A stretch of DNA of 62,788 nt, filler included, from Chiloscyllium plagiosum (taxonomy: Eukaryota), in the NCBI RefSeq assembly GCF_004010195.1. It is 3 parts of one record of this genome, joined end to end, with 100 filler letters (N's around TTAATTAATTAA, not from the genome) between each part and the next. Parts side by side here need not be neighbours in the genome. Positions count along the whole stretch, not along the records: positions 31,720 to 56,617 come from NC_057713.1; 2 more parts are not named here. One strand, given 5' to 3'. The notes under the pieces were generated by a model that saw only the letters and a list, made by a program, of their open reading frames with translations, did no database searches and had not been told where the DNA came from. Position numbers and translations under genes: made by a program. Positions 37,990 to 49,739 of this stretch are shown here, one piece after another; the stretch's first letter is position 1, and each line of letters opens with the position of its first letter.

Positions 37990-39660
37990 GCTTCTTTAGT
38001 CCCACCCTTCATCACTTTTGCCTCCTACCCTCCCTCCTGTCCACCCTCCCTGCTTCATAGAATCCCTACAGTATGGAAGCAGGCTATTCTGCCCATCAAA
38101 TCCACACTGCCCCTTTGAAAAGCATCCTACCCAGACCCTACCCTATCTCTGTAACCCTGCATTTCCAATGCTAATCTGCCCAGCCTGCACATCTCTGGAC
38201 ACTATAGGGCAATTTAGCAAGGCTAATCCAACTAACTGCATATCTTTGGGCTGTGGGAGGAAACCAGAACACCTGGAGGAAACCCATACAGGCACAGGGT
38301 GAATGTGCAAACTCCACATGGATAGTCACCTGAGGCCTGAAATGATCCCAGGTCCCTGGCGCTGTGAGGAACCACTGCTAATCACTGAGCCACTGTGCCA
38401 CTGCTTCCTCCCTCCCACCCTTTTTGTACCTCATTTCCATCACTACATCCCACCCTCCCTTGCTTTCTCACCCACCCTCGCCTCCTCCCTGCTTCATTTC
38501 TTCTCTCCCACCGTCTGTCTTCCCTTCCACCTTTTTGTCTTTTTTCCCTCACATCCAATTTCTTTCATATCCTGCCTCCTACACACCCTCACTCCCTCCC
38601 ATCCTCCCTCCTATCATCCGTCCATCCTCTCTCCAGGCCTCCCACCCTCCTGTCTTCCTTCCCTCCTATGCTCGTGTCTTCCCTCCATCCCGTGGGTGCA
38701 TTCATCCACCTTCCCATCTTTCCTTTTTTGTATCTAACCATCCTCGCACCTGTCCTTTCATCTTCCCATGATGCCCTCCTAACCTCCCTTGTTCCCTCAC
38801 TCATCTACTCCCACTCTTCTTTCTTCACCATTCTCCCTTCCTCCCATCCATAATCCCTTGTGTCCTTCCTCACATCCTGCATCCTTCTTCCCTTGTGTAA
38901 TGTGTCCTCTGTCTCTCCACCCTCCCTCAAATACTCCTTCGCTCATGTTTTGTGTCTCCCTCCTTTGCACCCTCCTTCCACCCTCCCTTGTGTTCTCCCA
39001 TCCTGCTTGACATCTGTCACTACTCTGTCATCCACCCTCCTGCTCTTTCTCCCTCCCCATCCTTGCATTCGCCCTGCCACTCTTCCCATTTTGCCCTCCA
39101 TCACGTTGTCCCTCCCGTGCTCACTCCCATCCTCACCCTCTCACACCCCCACTTCTTCACTCCCATCCTTGCTTCTTCCCTCCCTCATGTTCTCTCTCCC
39201 TTGTGCCCACCAGCCTTCTCTTCCGTCCATCCTATCTGCGCAACATCTCTTCCACCCTCGCATTCTCCCTCCCACACTTGCATCTTCCTTCCCACAATCA
39301 TGTCCTCCCTCTCTTCCAGCCTCTTGTCCTCCTTCCTCCCATCCATGTGTCCTCTCTTCACCTCACTCTCACATCTTCCCTTCATCCAAGTTCTGTCCCT
39401 CCCTCCTGGTCTCCTATCCTACAACCTTTGCATTCTTTTGTTCACTTGTCCTTCCTCTCTCCAACCCTCACATTCCACCTCCCTCCCACCTTTGCATCCT
39501 CACACCCTCATATCCTCCACCTTCATGTACACCTACCAATGTGTCCACCCTCCCTCATGTCCTTCCTCTCTTACATGCTCCCACCCTCAGGTCCTTCCAT
39601 CCTCCCTCCTACCTTCACATCCTCCGTTCCCACTTGCACCCTCCTGTCCTCTCTCCTGTC
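37990..39660. repeat. Long C/T-rich low-complexity tract (degenerate ccaccctcc/ccctccc repeats)
   Basis: About 1.6 kb strongly depleted in G on the plus strand; interrupted by a SINE. Confidence 0.85.
38057..38400 (-). mobile_element. HE1-like SINE with 7-bp TSD
   Basis: TSD ctgcttc at 38050-38056 and 38401-38407. Confidence 0.85.
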
Positions 39661-40490
39661 ATGAGAAAGACATGGAAACTAGGGAACAAGGTGAAATAAG
39701 TAGGATGCCTTGAAAAGAGTCCACATTACAGAAGAGGACTTAAATGCATAAATCTCTGGGATCAAGTGTATCCCAGAACATTATGGGAAGCCAAGGAAGA
39801 AATTGTGGGTGCCTGAGTGGATATTGACACTGAGCATTATTGACAGCCATAGGTGAGGTGCTAAATGACTGAAGGGTGGATAATGTTTAAGAAAGGCTGC
39901 AAGGAAAGGCCAGGGAACTACAAGCCAGTAAGCCTAACATAAGTGATGTATAAGTTGTTGGTGGGGATTCTGACAGACAGGATCAGATTGGATTTGGAAA
40001 GGCAAGGACTGATTAGCGATAGTCAACATAGCTTTGTGCTTGGGAAATCATATCTCAAATTTGATGGAGTTTTTTGAAGAGGTGACCAAAATGATTGATG
40101 AAGGCAGAGCAATAGGTGTTGGCCATATGGACTTCAGCAAGGCCTTCGACAAGTTACTATATGATAAACTGGTTAGTAAGGTTAGATCACATGGGTTGCA
40201 GGGAGAGCGAGCCAATTGGATACAAACTTGGCTTGATGGTAGGAGACAGAGGGTGATAGTATAAAGTTGTTTTTTCCAAACTGGAGGCCTGTGACAGCAG
40301 TGTGTCACAAGAATTGATGGTAGTCCATTGTTGTTCAATATTTATATTGGATGAAAATATAGGAGGCATGGGTAGTGAGATTGGGTATGATCAAAATTGG
40401 CAGCACATTGGACAGTGAAGTAGTAAGAGTACAACAGGACCTTGATCAACTGAGCTAGTGGGGGAGGAATGGCAGATGGAATTTAAATAA
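39660..40490 (+). mobile_element. CR1 LINE RT fragment
   Basis: SNLMEFFEEVTKMIDEGRA..MDFSKAFDK..WIQTWLDGRRQRV. Confidence 0.85.
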
Positions 40491-42212
40491 GGAAACAGAA
40501 GAAGGTGATACCAGAGTTTCTGAATTGAAAGTAGATCCAATGAAGCCAACCAGCATATTTATTCCCAGCATGATGAAATTTCTTTTAACTTGCTTCTGAA
40601 GTACCTTTTCTTTCAATCATTCACCTCAGGCTCTGACAATCAAAAGTTATTCATTTGACTTCAAATGCTTAGGTTGGAAAATTCATGGGCAAAAGTCATG
40701 ACTAGCTTTTATGTGCCCACTGAAAGGAATGAGAGTAGTACCATGCAATATGGGTATCATGAAAATCATTGACTACTCATTAACTGTTGTTCAGACTCAC
40801 AAATTAAATGAAGTTAACAACTAATTCACAGTTCATGAATTTGTAATTTTCTACTCAGCTTGCACATTATCTTACCAGTGAAACTATCTTTGTTGGCAGG
40901 ATTTTCCAGACTTCAGTGTGGCAATTCTTTCTTTCCACCTGCAAAGCAATAGCTGTACTTAAAGCTGTTTGAAACTGGAAGTGCTGAAGAAAAAAGATAG
41001 CAACTTCAAATTCTTTCCGTTGTGTGCATTGTGACTGCACAGTTGTACTACTATTACACTTAAAAAGCAAGTCCCTAAAACCTGATTGAAGAAAGCAAAA
41101 TTTCAGATTGGATCAGTCAGTTTGAGTCTCATATCATCGTCTTCATCCCTTCACCCTTCATCATCTTCTTCCTTTTCCCTTTATCTTCAAAGTTTGATTA
41201 AGTTGCATTTTTGTGTCTCCTGGAACAAACAGCTTCACACACCATGCAGGATACTTAGAAGCAATACTTACTTTGAAGCAATACACTACTTAGAGACTTA
41301 GTGACAGAGTTATGAAACTGTTTGTGTTCACCTAATATTTTAGATATTTTGAAAATAATATTTTAAAATTAATCAATTGTACACACATCTGTGAATTTGT
41401 GTGAAAAATGTCCATTGAACCTGACTTACCTGTAAATAGCATGTTAAGGGTCACAGTGCTTGGTGATACCTGACATATATTTAAATTTTGCTGCAAAAGG
41501 AAGCTTAAAATTATCAATATATTTAAGCAGAACTCAGTTACTTGCAGGGTGGTCTCAGCCAAAATAAAAGTAATATATCCCATTCAAAGATTTGCTGTCA
41601 AATCAAAGTTGGAAAGCACCCAGTTTCAAGTTTACCCTGTATTCCATTCAGCTGGATAGGTTTGCATCAGCTGCTAATTGCTTTTTATTGATCTTCCTAT
41701 AATATAGGTGATTCTGCCAATCTAGCATCTGACTGAAATTTGGACACAAAGGATAGGAGCTATGCTCTAGCAATTACTAAGGCAGGAGATAAAACAAAAA
41801 AAATTACAATACATTCAAGGATAAGATTAGAAATGTCTCTCTTGTGCCATTTTGCAATTAGCTGTTCTTCAATTGCCAAGGTCCACAACTCTGTGCCATG
41901 AAGATTGAAACCAGTAATTGTCTGTGATTTCCATATAGTTATCAGTGAAGACATTTAATGCATAACATCTGAACTATATTAGGAGTTTAGCCAGCTAAAG
42001 TGGAACAATTGGAATTTTTACAGCATTTAAAATGTATAATTATTATACAATTTTAAGCGATAATCTCTTTAATAAAAATGCCCTATTTTATAAACAGTGT
42101 GAATAAACTGGGGTAAGACTGCTTAGCACATGCATGATTAATACATAAGTTTGTTTCATTTGTATCAATTGTGACTTGGCTGGTAGCACCTTTGCCTCTG
42201 AAACACAAGATT

Positions 42213-42495
42213 CAAGGGCAGCATAATGGCTCATTGATTAAGGGCAGCATGGTGGCTCAGTGATTAGCGCTGTTGCCTCACAACACCAGGGGACGGGTTC
42301 AATTCCGGCCTCAGGCAACTGTCTGTGTGGACTTTGCACATTCCCCCTGTTCTGCGTGGGTTTCCCCTGGGTGCTTTGGTTTCCTCGCACAGTCCAAAGA
42401 TGTGCAGATTAGGTGAACTGGCCATGCTAAATTGTCCATAGTGTTCAGGGATGCCTAGGCTAGGTGCATTAGTTGAGGAAATGTAGAGTAATAGG
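42213..42495 (+). mobile_element. HE1-like SINE with a duplicated 5' head, followed by a CR1 fragment (about 42495-42730, minus)
   Basis: aagggcagcataatggctcattgatt followed by aagggcagcatggtggctcagtgatt, then B box and body. Confidence 0.75.
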
Positions 42496-43281
42496 GACCT
42501 TTTATCCCCACTGTCTGCGTTCTGCCAATCAGTCAATCTGCTATCTGTGTCAGTACTTGGCCTCTAACTCTAAGGGCCATTATCTTACTTAGCAGCCTCC
42601 TGGCAGACCTTATCAAAGGCTTCTGGAACTCCAGATAACTAACAGCCATTGGCTATCTTTGGTCTAATGTGCTCGTTACATCCTCATGTAATTCTAAACA
42701 TTTGTTAAATATGACCTCCCTTGATGAAACCAATGCATCTTGGACGTAGTATACACTGCTTGGCATTAGTGTTGGAGGGAGTGAATTGTTGTGAATATGG
42801 TGCCAATCAAGTGGCCTGCTCACATTTTATAGTTATTTAAACTATCTGTCCTATAGAGCTGGGAGAATGAGTAACTTCCTCTCCAGTGTTAACTTAAAAC
42901 TTCAATGTTCAGATTAAATCTTGTGGATAATATGAAATTATAAACCCTGGCAGCCTGATGCACAAAAATTGAGCTATTCAATTTCTACTTGGATTTACGC
43001 AATCAGAGGGTACATTAGATTACAATGGATTCCCCACAATATGACACTATTTAAAAATAAACCAAGTAGATTTGCAAACACTTCTTCATTATCCAATGCA
43101 ATTTTACAATTTTCATGTCATTAAAAGGTGCAAAGAAAACAATAAGTGAAGATCCCTTCTACATTTGAAATTTAGTTTTAGAGAACTACTTGCCATGTTT
43201 TACTTGCGTTTACTTGAGATTTGATGAAGTGCATTTTAAAGTAATAGTCACCTTTTCTGATACTTGTATAATGATGCCCTT

Positions 43282-43671
43282 AGCTGAAAATGTGTTGCTG
43301 GAAAAGCGCAGCAAGTCAGGCAGCATCCAAGGAGCAGGAGAATCGACGTTTCGGGCATGAGCCCTTCTTCAGGAATAAGGAAAGTGTGTCCAGCAGGCTA
43401 AGATAAAAGGTAGGGAGGAGGGACTTGGGGGAGGGGCGTTGGAAATGCAATAGGTGGAAGGAGGTCAAGGGCATTTCCAACGCCCCTCCCCCAAGTCCCT
43501 CCTCCCTACCTTTTATCTTAGCCTGCTGGACACACTTTCCTCATTCCTGAAGAAGGGCTCATGCCCGAAATGTTGATTCTCCTGCTCCTTGGATGCTGCC
43601 TGACCTGTTGCGCTTTTCCAGCAACACATTTTCAGCTTTGATCTCTAGCATCTGCAGTCCTCACTTTCTCC
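43282..43671. mobile_element. Near-perfect fold-back Penelope pLTR insertion, 13-15-bp TSD
   Basis: 167-bp arms 43282-43448 and 43471-43637 with a 22-nt spacer; TSD taatgatgccctt(ag) at 43269 and 43672. Confidence 0.9.
43345..43372 (-). ncRNA. Minimal hammerhead ribozyme motif; mirror copy on plus at 43547-43574
   Basis: CTGAAGA-A-GGGC-TCAT-GCCC-GAAAC-GTC. Confidence 0.65.
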
Positions 43672-44169
43672 TAATGATGCCCTTAGGCTCATTAAAGTTA
43701 TTTTCTCTACAATCAGTGGGAACCTTAGATCTCTAGTCTAATCTCTGCTGCACCTGTGCATTATTCATCAAATAAAGACAGCAAGAGAGATTTTGGATGG
43801 TTTTCAAATTCGTCATGGTTTACAAAAGCAGCAGGAATTAGGAAATAATGAAACATCAGACTCCAAACAATTTATATTTAATACAAGGTATAGTCTGTAT
43901 TTTAGTGGATTATATTATGACTTGTGAATGTTAGGGCCTATATGTACTTATGGAATGAAGTCCTAGATTTAGCTTGTAAGAAAACACATTAGAGTCTTAT
44001 AGTAAAAGTTTAATTCAAAGCTCAAAATCTGAAATCAATTCAAGATATTAAAACCTTCTATGACAAAAAATCTAATTATTTTTTCTTTCTGGACACAGGT
44101 TCCTGACATGCCATGCAAGAAGCTTTTGAAGGAAAAAATGAGGGAATGGAATAAGTAAACTGTACTTGC

Positions 44170-44335
44170 GAAAAGAAAGACTGATGCAGATTCATAGTTC
44201 CTTGAAAGTGGAGTCACAAACAGACATATGATGAAGAAGGCATTTGACACGCTTGCATTTATTGGTCAGAACATTGAGTATAGGAATTGGAGTGTCATTT
44301 TGCAGCTGTGCAGGATATTGGTGAGGCCACTTAGA
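44170..44335 (+). mobile_element. CR1 RT C-terminal fragment
   Basis: KKAFDTLAFIGQNIEYRNW..LVRPL. Confidence 0.7.
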
Positions 44336-47300
44336 GTCATAGAAACATAAAGAATTACAGCACTGAAACTGTATCTTCAGTCCAATTTGTTCATTCCGAG
44401 AAGACATTCTACATTAATCTCGTCCCACTTTACAGCATTTGGCTCATATCCTCATTAATCCTTCTTATTCATACATTTATCCAGGTGCCTTTTAAATGTT
44501 ATGATTGTACCAGCTTCCATCAATTCCTCTGGCAGCTTATTCTATATGTGCATCACCCACCAAATGTAAAAGTTGCCTCTTCGGTCCCTTTTAAATTATT
44601 CCCCTCTCACCTTAAACCTATGCCCTCGTTTTGGATTCCCCTACCCTGTGGAAAAGACCTTGACCATTCACCCTATCCATGCCCTTCTTGATTTTATAAA
44701 CTTATGTAATGTCACCCCTTATCCTCCAATGCTTCAGGGATAATAGCCCCAAGCCTATTCAATGTCTCCCTACAGGTAAACGTCTCCAAGCCTGGCAACA
44801 TCTTTGTAATCTTTTCTTAACCCTCTCAAGTTTCACAACATCTGCCCGACAGCAGGCAGACCAGAATTGACTACAGTATTTCAAAAGTGGCCTAACCAAT
44901 GTCCTGTACAGCCACAACATGACCTCTCAACTCCTGCAGTCAATGCACTGACAAATAAAGGCAAACGTACCAAATGCCTTCCTCACTACACTACCCTGTC
45001 TACCTGCCACTTCGCTTTCAAGGAACACCAAGGTCTCTTGTTCGGCAATACTCTCCAGGACCTTACCATTAAGTGCTGCTCTGATTTGCACTACCAAGAT
45101 GCAGCACCTCACATTTATCTAATTAATCTCCATCTACCACTCCTTGGCCTATTTCCCCATATGATCAAATGTCCTGTTGTGTTCTGAGGTAAACTTCTTC
45201 ACTGTCCACCAATTTTGGTGTCATCTGCTATACTCACATCCAAATCATTTGTATAAATGACAAAAAGCAGTGGACCAGTACTGATCCTTGCAGCACACAA
45301 CTGGTCACAGGCCTCCAGTATGAAAAGAAACCTTCCATGTCCACCCCCTATCTCCTACCTTTGAGCTAATTTTCTGTCCAAATGGCTTGTTCTTCTTTTA
45401 TTCCACGTGGTCTAATCATGCTAACCAGTCTACCATGCGGAACCTTGTCAGACGCTTTACTGAAGTTCATATGGATGATATCCACTGCTCTGCCTTCAGC
45501 AATCTTCTTTGTAAGCTTTTCAAAAAACTGAATCAAGTTAGTGAGACATGATTTCCCACGCACAAGATTGCACATGGATGCAATACTAAACAAATATTTC
45601 ACATCAGTGTTTACTGTGGAAAAGAATGTGGAAGCGAGAGAACTTGGGGAAACAAGTAATGATGTCTTGAAAAGGGTACATATTACAGAAAAGTAAATGC
45701 CTGAACATCTTAAAATGCATAAAAGTGGATAAATCACTAGCACCTCGATCAGGTAGACCCTAGAACTTTGTGGGAAGGTAGGGAAGTGATTGCTGGCCCT
45801 TTGTTGAGACATTTGTGTCATCGATAGCCACAGGGGTGGTGCCGAACACTGGAGGTTGGCTAACGTGGTGCCATTATTTGAGAAAGATTGTAAGGAAAAG
45901 CCAGGAAACTATAGACCTGTGAGCCTGATGTTAGTGGTGGGTGATTTACTAGAGGGAATTCCAAGAGACAGGATTTACATGTACTTCGAAAGGCAAAGAC
46001 TGATTAGGGACTGATTAGTAAACACTGATGCAAAATATTTGTTTACTATCACAACCATTTCCTGTAGTTCCACACATCAGCTCCTTGCTGATCTTTAAGG
46101 GGCCCTATTTTCTCCCCTATTTTGTCCTTAATGTATTTGCAGATTCCTCTTGGATTCTCCTTAACGCTAACTGTCAAAGTTGTCTCATGTCCCCTTTTTT
46201 TCCTGCCTGAATTCCCTCTTGAGTATACTCCTACTGCCCTTATACTTTCCTAGGGATTCACTGAATCTCTGCTGATTATACCTGACATATACTTCCTTCT
46301 TTTTCGTGACCAGAGCCTCAATTTCTCTCATCATCTAGCATTCCCTACACCTATCAACTGTGCCCTTCACACTGACAGGAGCATATACTCTGGACTCTCA
46401 TTATCTCATTTTTGAAGGCTTCTCACATTCCAGTCAAATCTGCTCCCAATCAACTTTTGAAAATTCTTGCCTAATATTGTCAAAAGTCGACTTCCTGTAT
46501 TCTGGAACTTCAACTTTTAGATCAGTTTTATCCTTTTCTATACCTATTTTAAAACAAATAGAATTATGATCACTTGCCCCTTGAGTGACTTGCCCTGCCT
46601 TTTTATCTCCCAAGAGAAGGTTATTCTCCTTCATCCTTCATGTAGGTACATCCACATACTGAATAAGAATATTTTCTTGTACACACTTAACAAATTCCAC
46701 TCCGTCTAAGCTCTTAACACTGCAGCAGTCTATGTTTGGAAAATTAAAATTCCCCAACATCACACTCCTTATAAATTTGTTTCTCAATTTCCCATTGACT
46801 ACTGCGGTTGGGGGGAGGGGAGGCAGCGGTGGTCAATAATACAATCCCAATAAGGTGGCCATCCCTTTCTTCTTTCTCAGTTCAACCCAGATAAATTCAC
46901 TGGACATCCTCCCCAGTATATCTTCCCTATGACAGCCATAACGTTATCCCTATACAAAAATGCCACTTGCCCTCATCTCTTGCCCCCACCCCCTTTCTAT
47001 CCTTCTATATCGTCTTACCCTGGAACATTAAGTTGCCAATGCTGTTCATCCCTGAGCCACATTTCTGTAATAGCAATGATATCGCAGTCCCATGTTCCGA
47101 GTCATGCCCTGAGTTCATCTGTGTCACCTGTCAGGCCTCATGCTTTGAAGTAAATGTGGTTTAATTTATCAGTGCTACCTCAATCTCTGCCTTGCTTGAG
47201 CCTACCTTGACTATTTGACATGCTCCTGTTCTCAGCTGCACCAGCATCAGACTGATCTCTCTTTTCACTATCTGTTTAGGTGCAAATCCACTCCCTCACC

Positions 47301-48300
47301 CTCTGTTTACTAGTTTAAATCCTCCTGGGACGGCTCTAACAAATCTCCTCAACAGTTTATTAATCCCCTTCAATTCAGTTGCAATCTGTCCTTCTTACAC
47401 AGGTCACTTCTACCCCAAAAGACATTCCAATGATCCAAAAATGTATATTCTTCTCCTCTCCACCAGCTCCTCAGACACATATTCATCTGCTCTATCCTCC
47501 TGTTTCTACTCTCACTAGCATGTGGCACTGGGTGTAATCTAGATATTGCTACCCTCTAGGATCTACTTTTTAACTTCCTGCCTAATTTCCTATATTCCCT
47601 CCTCAGAACCTCGGCCTTTTCTCTTCCTATATTGTTGGTACCAATGTGAACAAACACCTCCTGTTAATCACTCGCCATTTTGAGAATATTCTGCACTTTC
47701 TCTGAGACATCTATGACCCCGGCACCAGGGAGACAACACACCATTCTGATGTCTCGCTGTCGGCTGCAGAAATGTCTGTGCCTCCGACGAAAGAATCCCC
47801 TATCATAGTCGATGACTTGGAGCCTGATGTACCCCTCATTACAGTGGACCCAGGCTCGGTTCCAAAAACCTGGCTGTCAGTGTTACATTCCTCTGAGAGT
47901 CCTTCCCCTCTAATATTTTCCAAATCAGCACATCTATTTCAGATGGGAATATCCCCATGACACACCTGTCATCCCTACTTACTGCTTCTACCTTTCTTAG
48001 AAGAAACCCATCTACCTGACTGTATCTGTGGGTTTTTTGACCTTCCTGAAACTGCCATCCATCACAGCCTCTGGCTCCTGCCAATTCCTCATTGCCCCTA
48101 ACTGCTGCTCCAGCTGATCCCATGTGATCCAGTTGGACTCATAACAAAACCTCACTTCCTGCAGACATAATCACCAGGAACACTGAAATTCTCCCTAATC
48201 TCCCACATTCAACTGGAAGAGCACATCACTCTACTAAATGCCATCTTTGCACCCTAACAATCTACAGATCCAGAAAATAGAAGTCTTAACTGCTCAAAAA
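44336..48300 (-). mobile_element. Long degenerate CR1 LINE (ORF1 to 3' tail) with an internally inverted segment at 45571-46015
   Basis: ORF1 esterase (47350-47830), EN (ASDHNSICF), RT (GKSCLTNLIQFFEK..FSKASDKVPHGRL), tail at 44336; 45571-46015 is plus-strand ORF2 (GNYRPVSL). Confidence 0.8.
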
Positions 48301-48479
48301 CACTGCTCCAGGATAACTTGGTATGTATACCAGTAGACAGATATCAATGAAATAAATGTTAAAAAAAGACCCTACTCACCTTTGTAGATTTACAAAAACA
48401 AACAAAAATGAGATAATGACAGTTTGGATTTATGAAACTTAAATCAAAACACTTAACTGATCCCTTTTAGAATACAAAT

Positions 48480-48997
48480 CTAGTTGCCTTTCTATTGGAA
48501 GGATGTTGTTAAACTTGAGAGGGCGCAGAAAAGATTTACAAAGATGTTGCTGGGACTGGAGAGTTTGAGTTATAGCGAGAAGGTGAATAGGCTGAATCTT
48601 TTTTCCCTAGAGCGTCAGAGGTGAGGGCTGACCTGATAGAGGTTTATAAAATCATAAGAGGCATGGATTGGGTGAATAGCCAACATTGTTTTCCTAGGAT
48701 GGGGGAGTCCACAACTAGAGGGCATAGCTTTAAGATGAGATGGGAAAGATTTAAAAAGGAACTGAAGGGTAATTTATTCACACAGAAGATGGTGGTGTGT
48801 GGAATGACCTGCCAGAGGATGTGGTGGAGGAAGGTGCAATTACAGCATTTAAAAGATATCTGGGTGGGCACATGAATAGGAAGGGCTTTAAGGGATATGG
48901 GTCAAATGCTGGCAAATGGGACTAGAACAAATTGGGGTATCTGGTCGGTACTGATGACTTAAACCAAAGAGTCTGTTTCTGCGTTGTGTGACTCTAT
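48480..48997 (+). mobile_element. CR1 LINE 3' end
   Basis: LERAQKRFTKMLLGL..RADLIEVYKII and tail. Confidence 0.85.
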
Positions 48998-49739
48998 GTA
49001 GCATTGACCTGGATTTTCTGCCTATGCTGCAATGGATTCGGTGAATTATGAGAAAAATGGATGAGGGAGCCCAGTCCAAATACCCTTACTATTGATAAAA
49101 GTTCTTATTGAAAATTTCTCCTTACCAGATTTTGGGTCTATGGTGGAATCCTTCCAGTCACTGAAGATGCAGGCATTGGTGAAAGCTAGGAAAATAAGGA
49201 ACTCCTAGATCTCAAGAGCAAACAGTCCTATATTTACTTTTGCTTCAAAACAGCTGTACAGTTTTCTGGAGGGTTACTGTTCAGAAGACTTAATATGATT
49301 TCTGATGCTATCTTCCCAAACTTGCCTCATTAGCTATGCACCATGTGCATGTAGACATGAGGAATGACACGTCATCGAACATACAAATGCACATTCTTAC
49401 ATCCATTGTTATTCAAGAGCCAGTTTGCATTATCCTTAGGCTCAACTCATTTTGGAATCCTAAGGGAGTGCACTATTTTCCCCATGCTCAGCGTACTCAA
49501 CCATTCATTTCATTATCCAACACAGCACCATCACATGCTGAAAAGCTTCCAAATTGTTCACAACAATCATTCTTCTTCAGCAACAGCAAACATGAAGAAA
49601 GAAGAAATAGTCATTGCATTTGTATCTGAAAACAAAGGGACTTCTTGGCTTTTGACTCCCAGGTAGTTTACAGTCAGTGAGTGGTGACTGCAACCAGTTT
49701 ATACCTTCCAGAACCAGGTGTCAATTAATTCTAAAATAA

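Noticed and set aside
38303..39713. Many overlapping Pro/Ser/Leu/His-rich ORFs up to 279 aa
   Set aside because: Artefact of a C/T-rich tract that lacks stop codons in all plus frames
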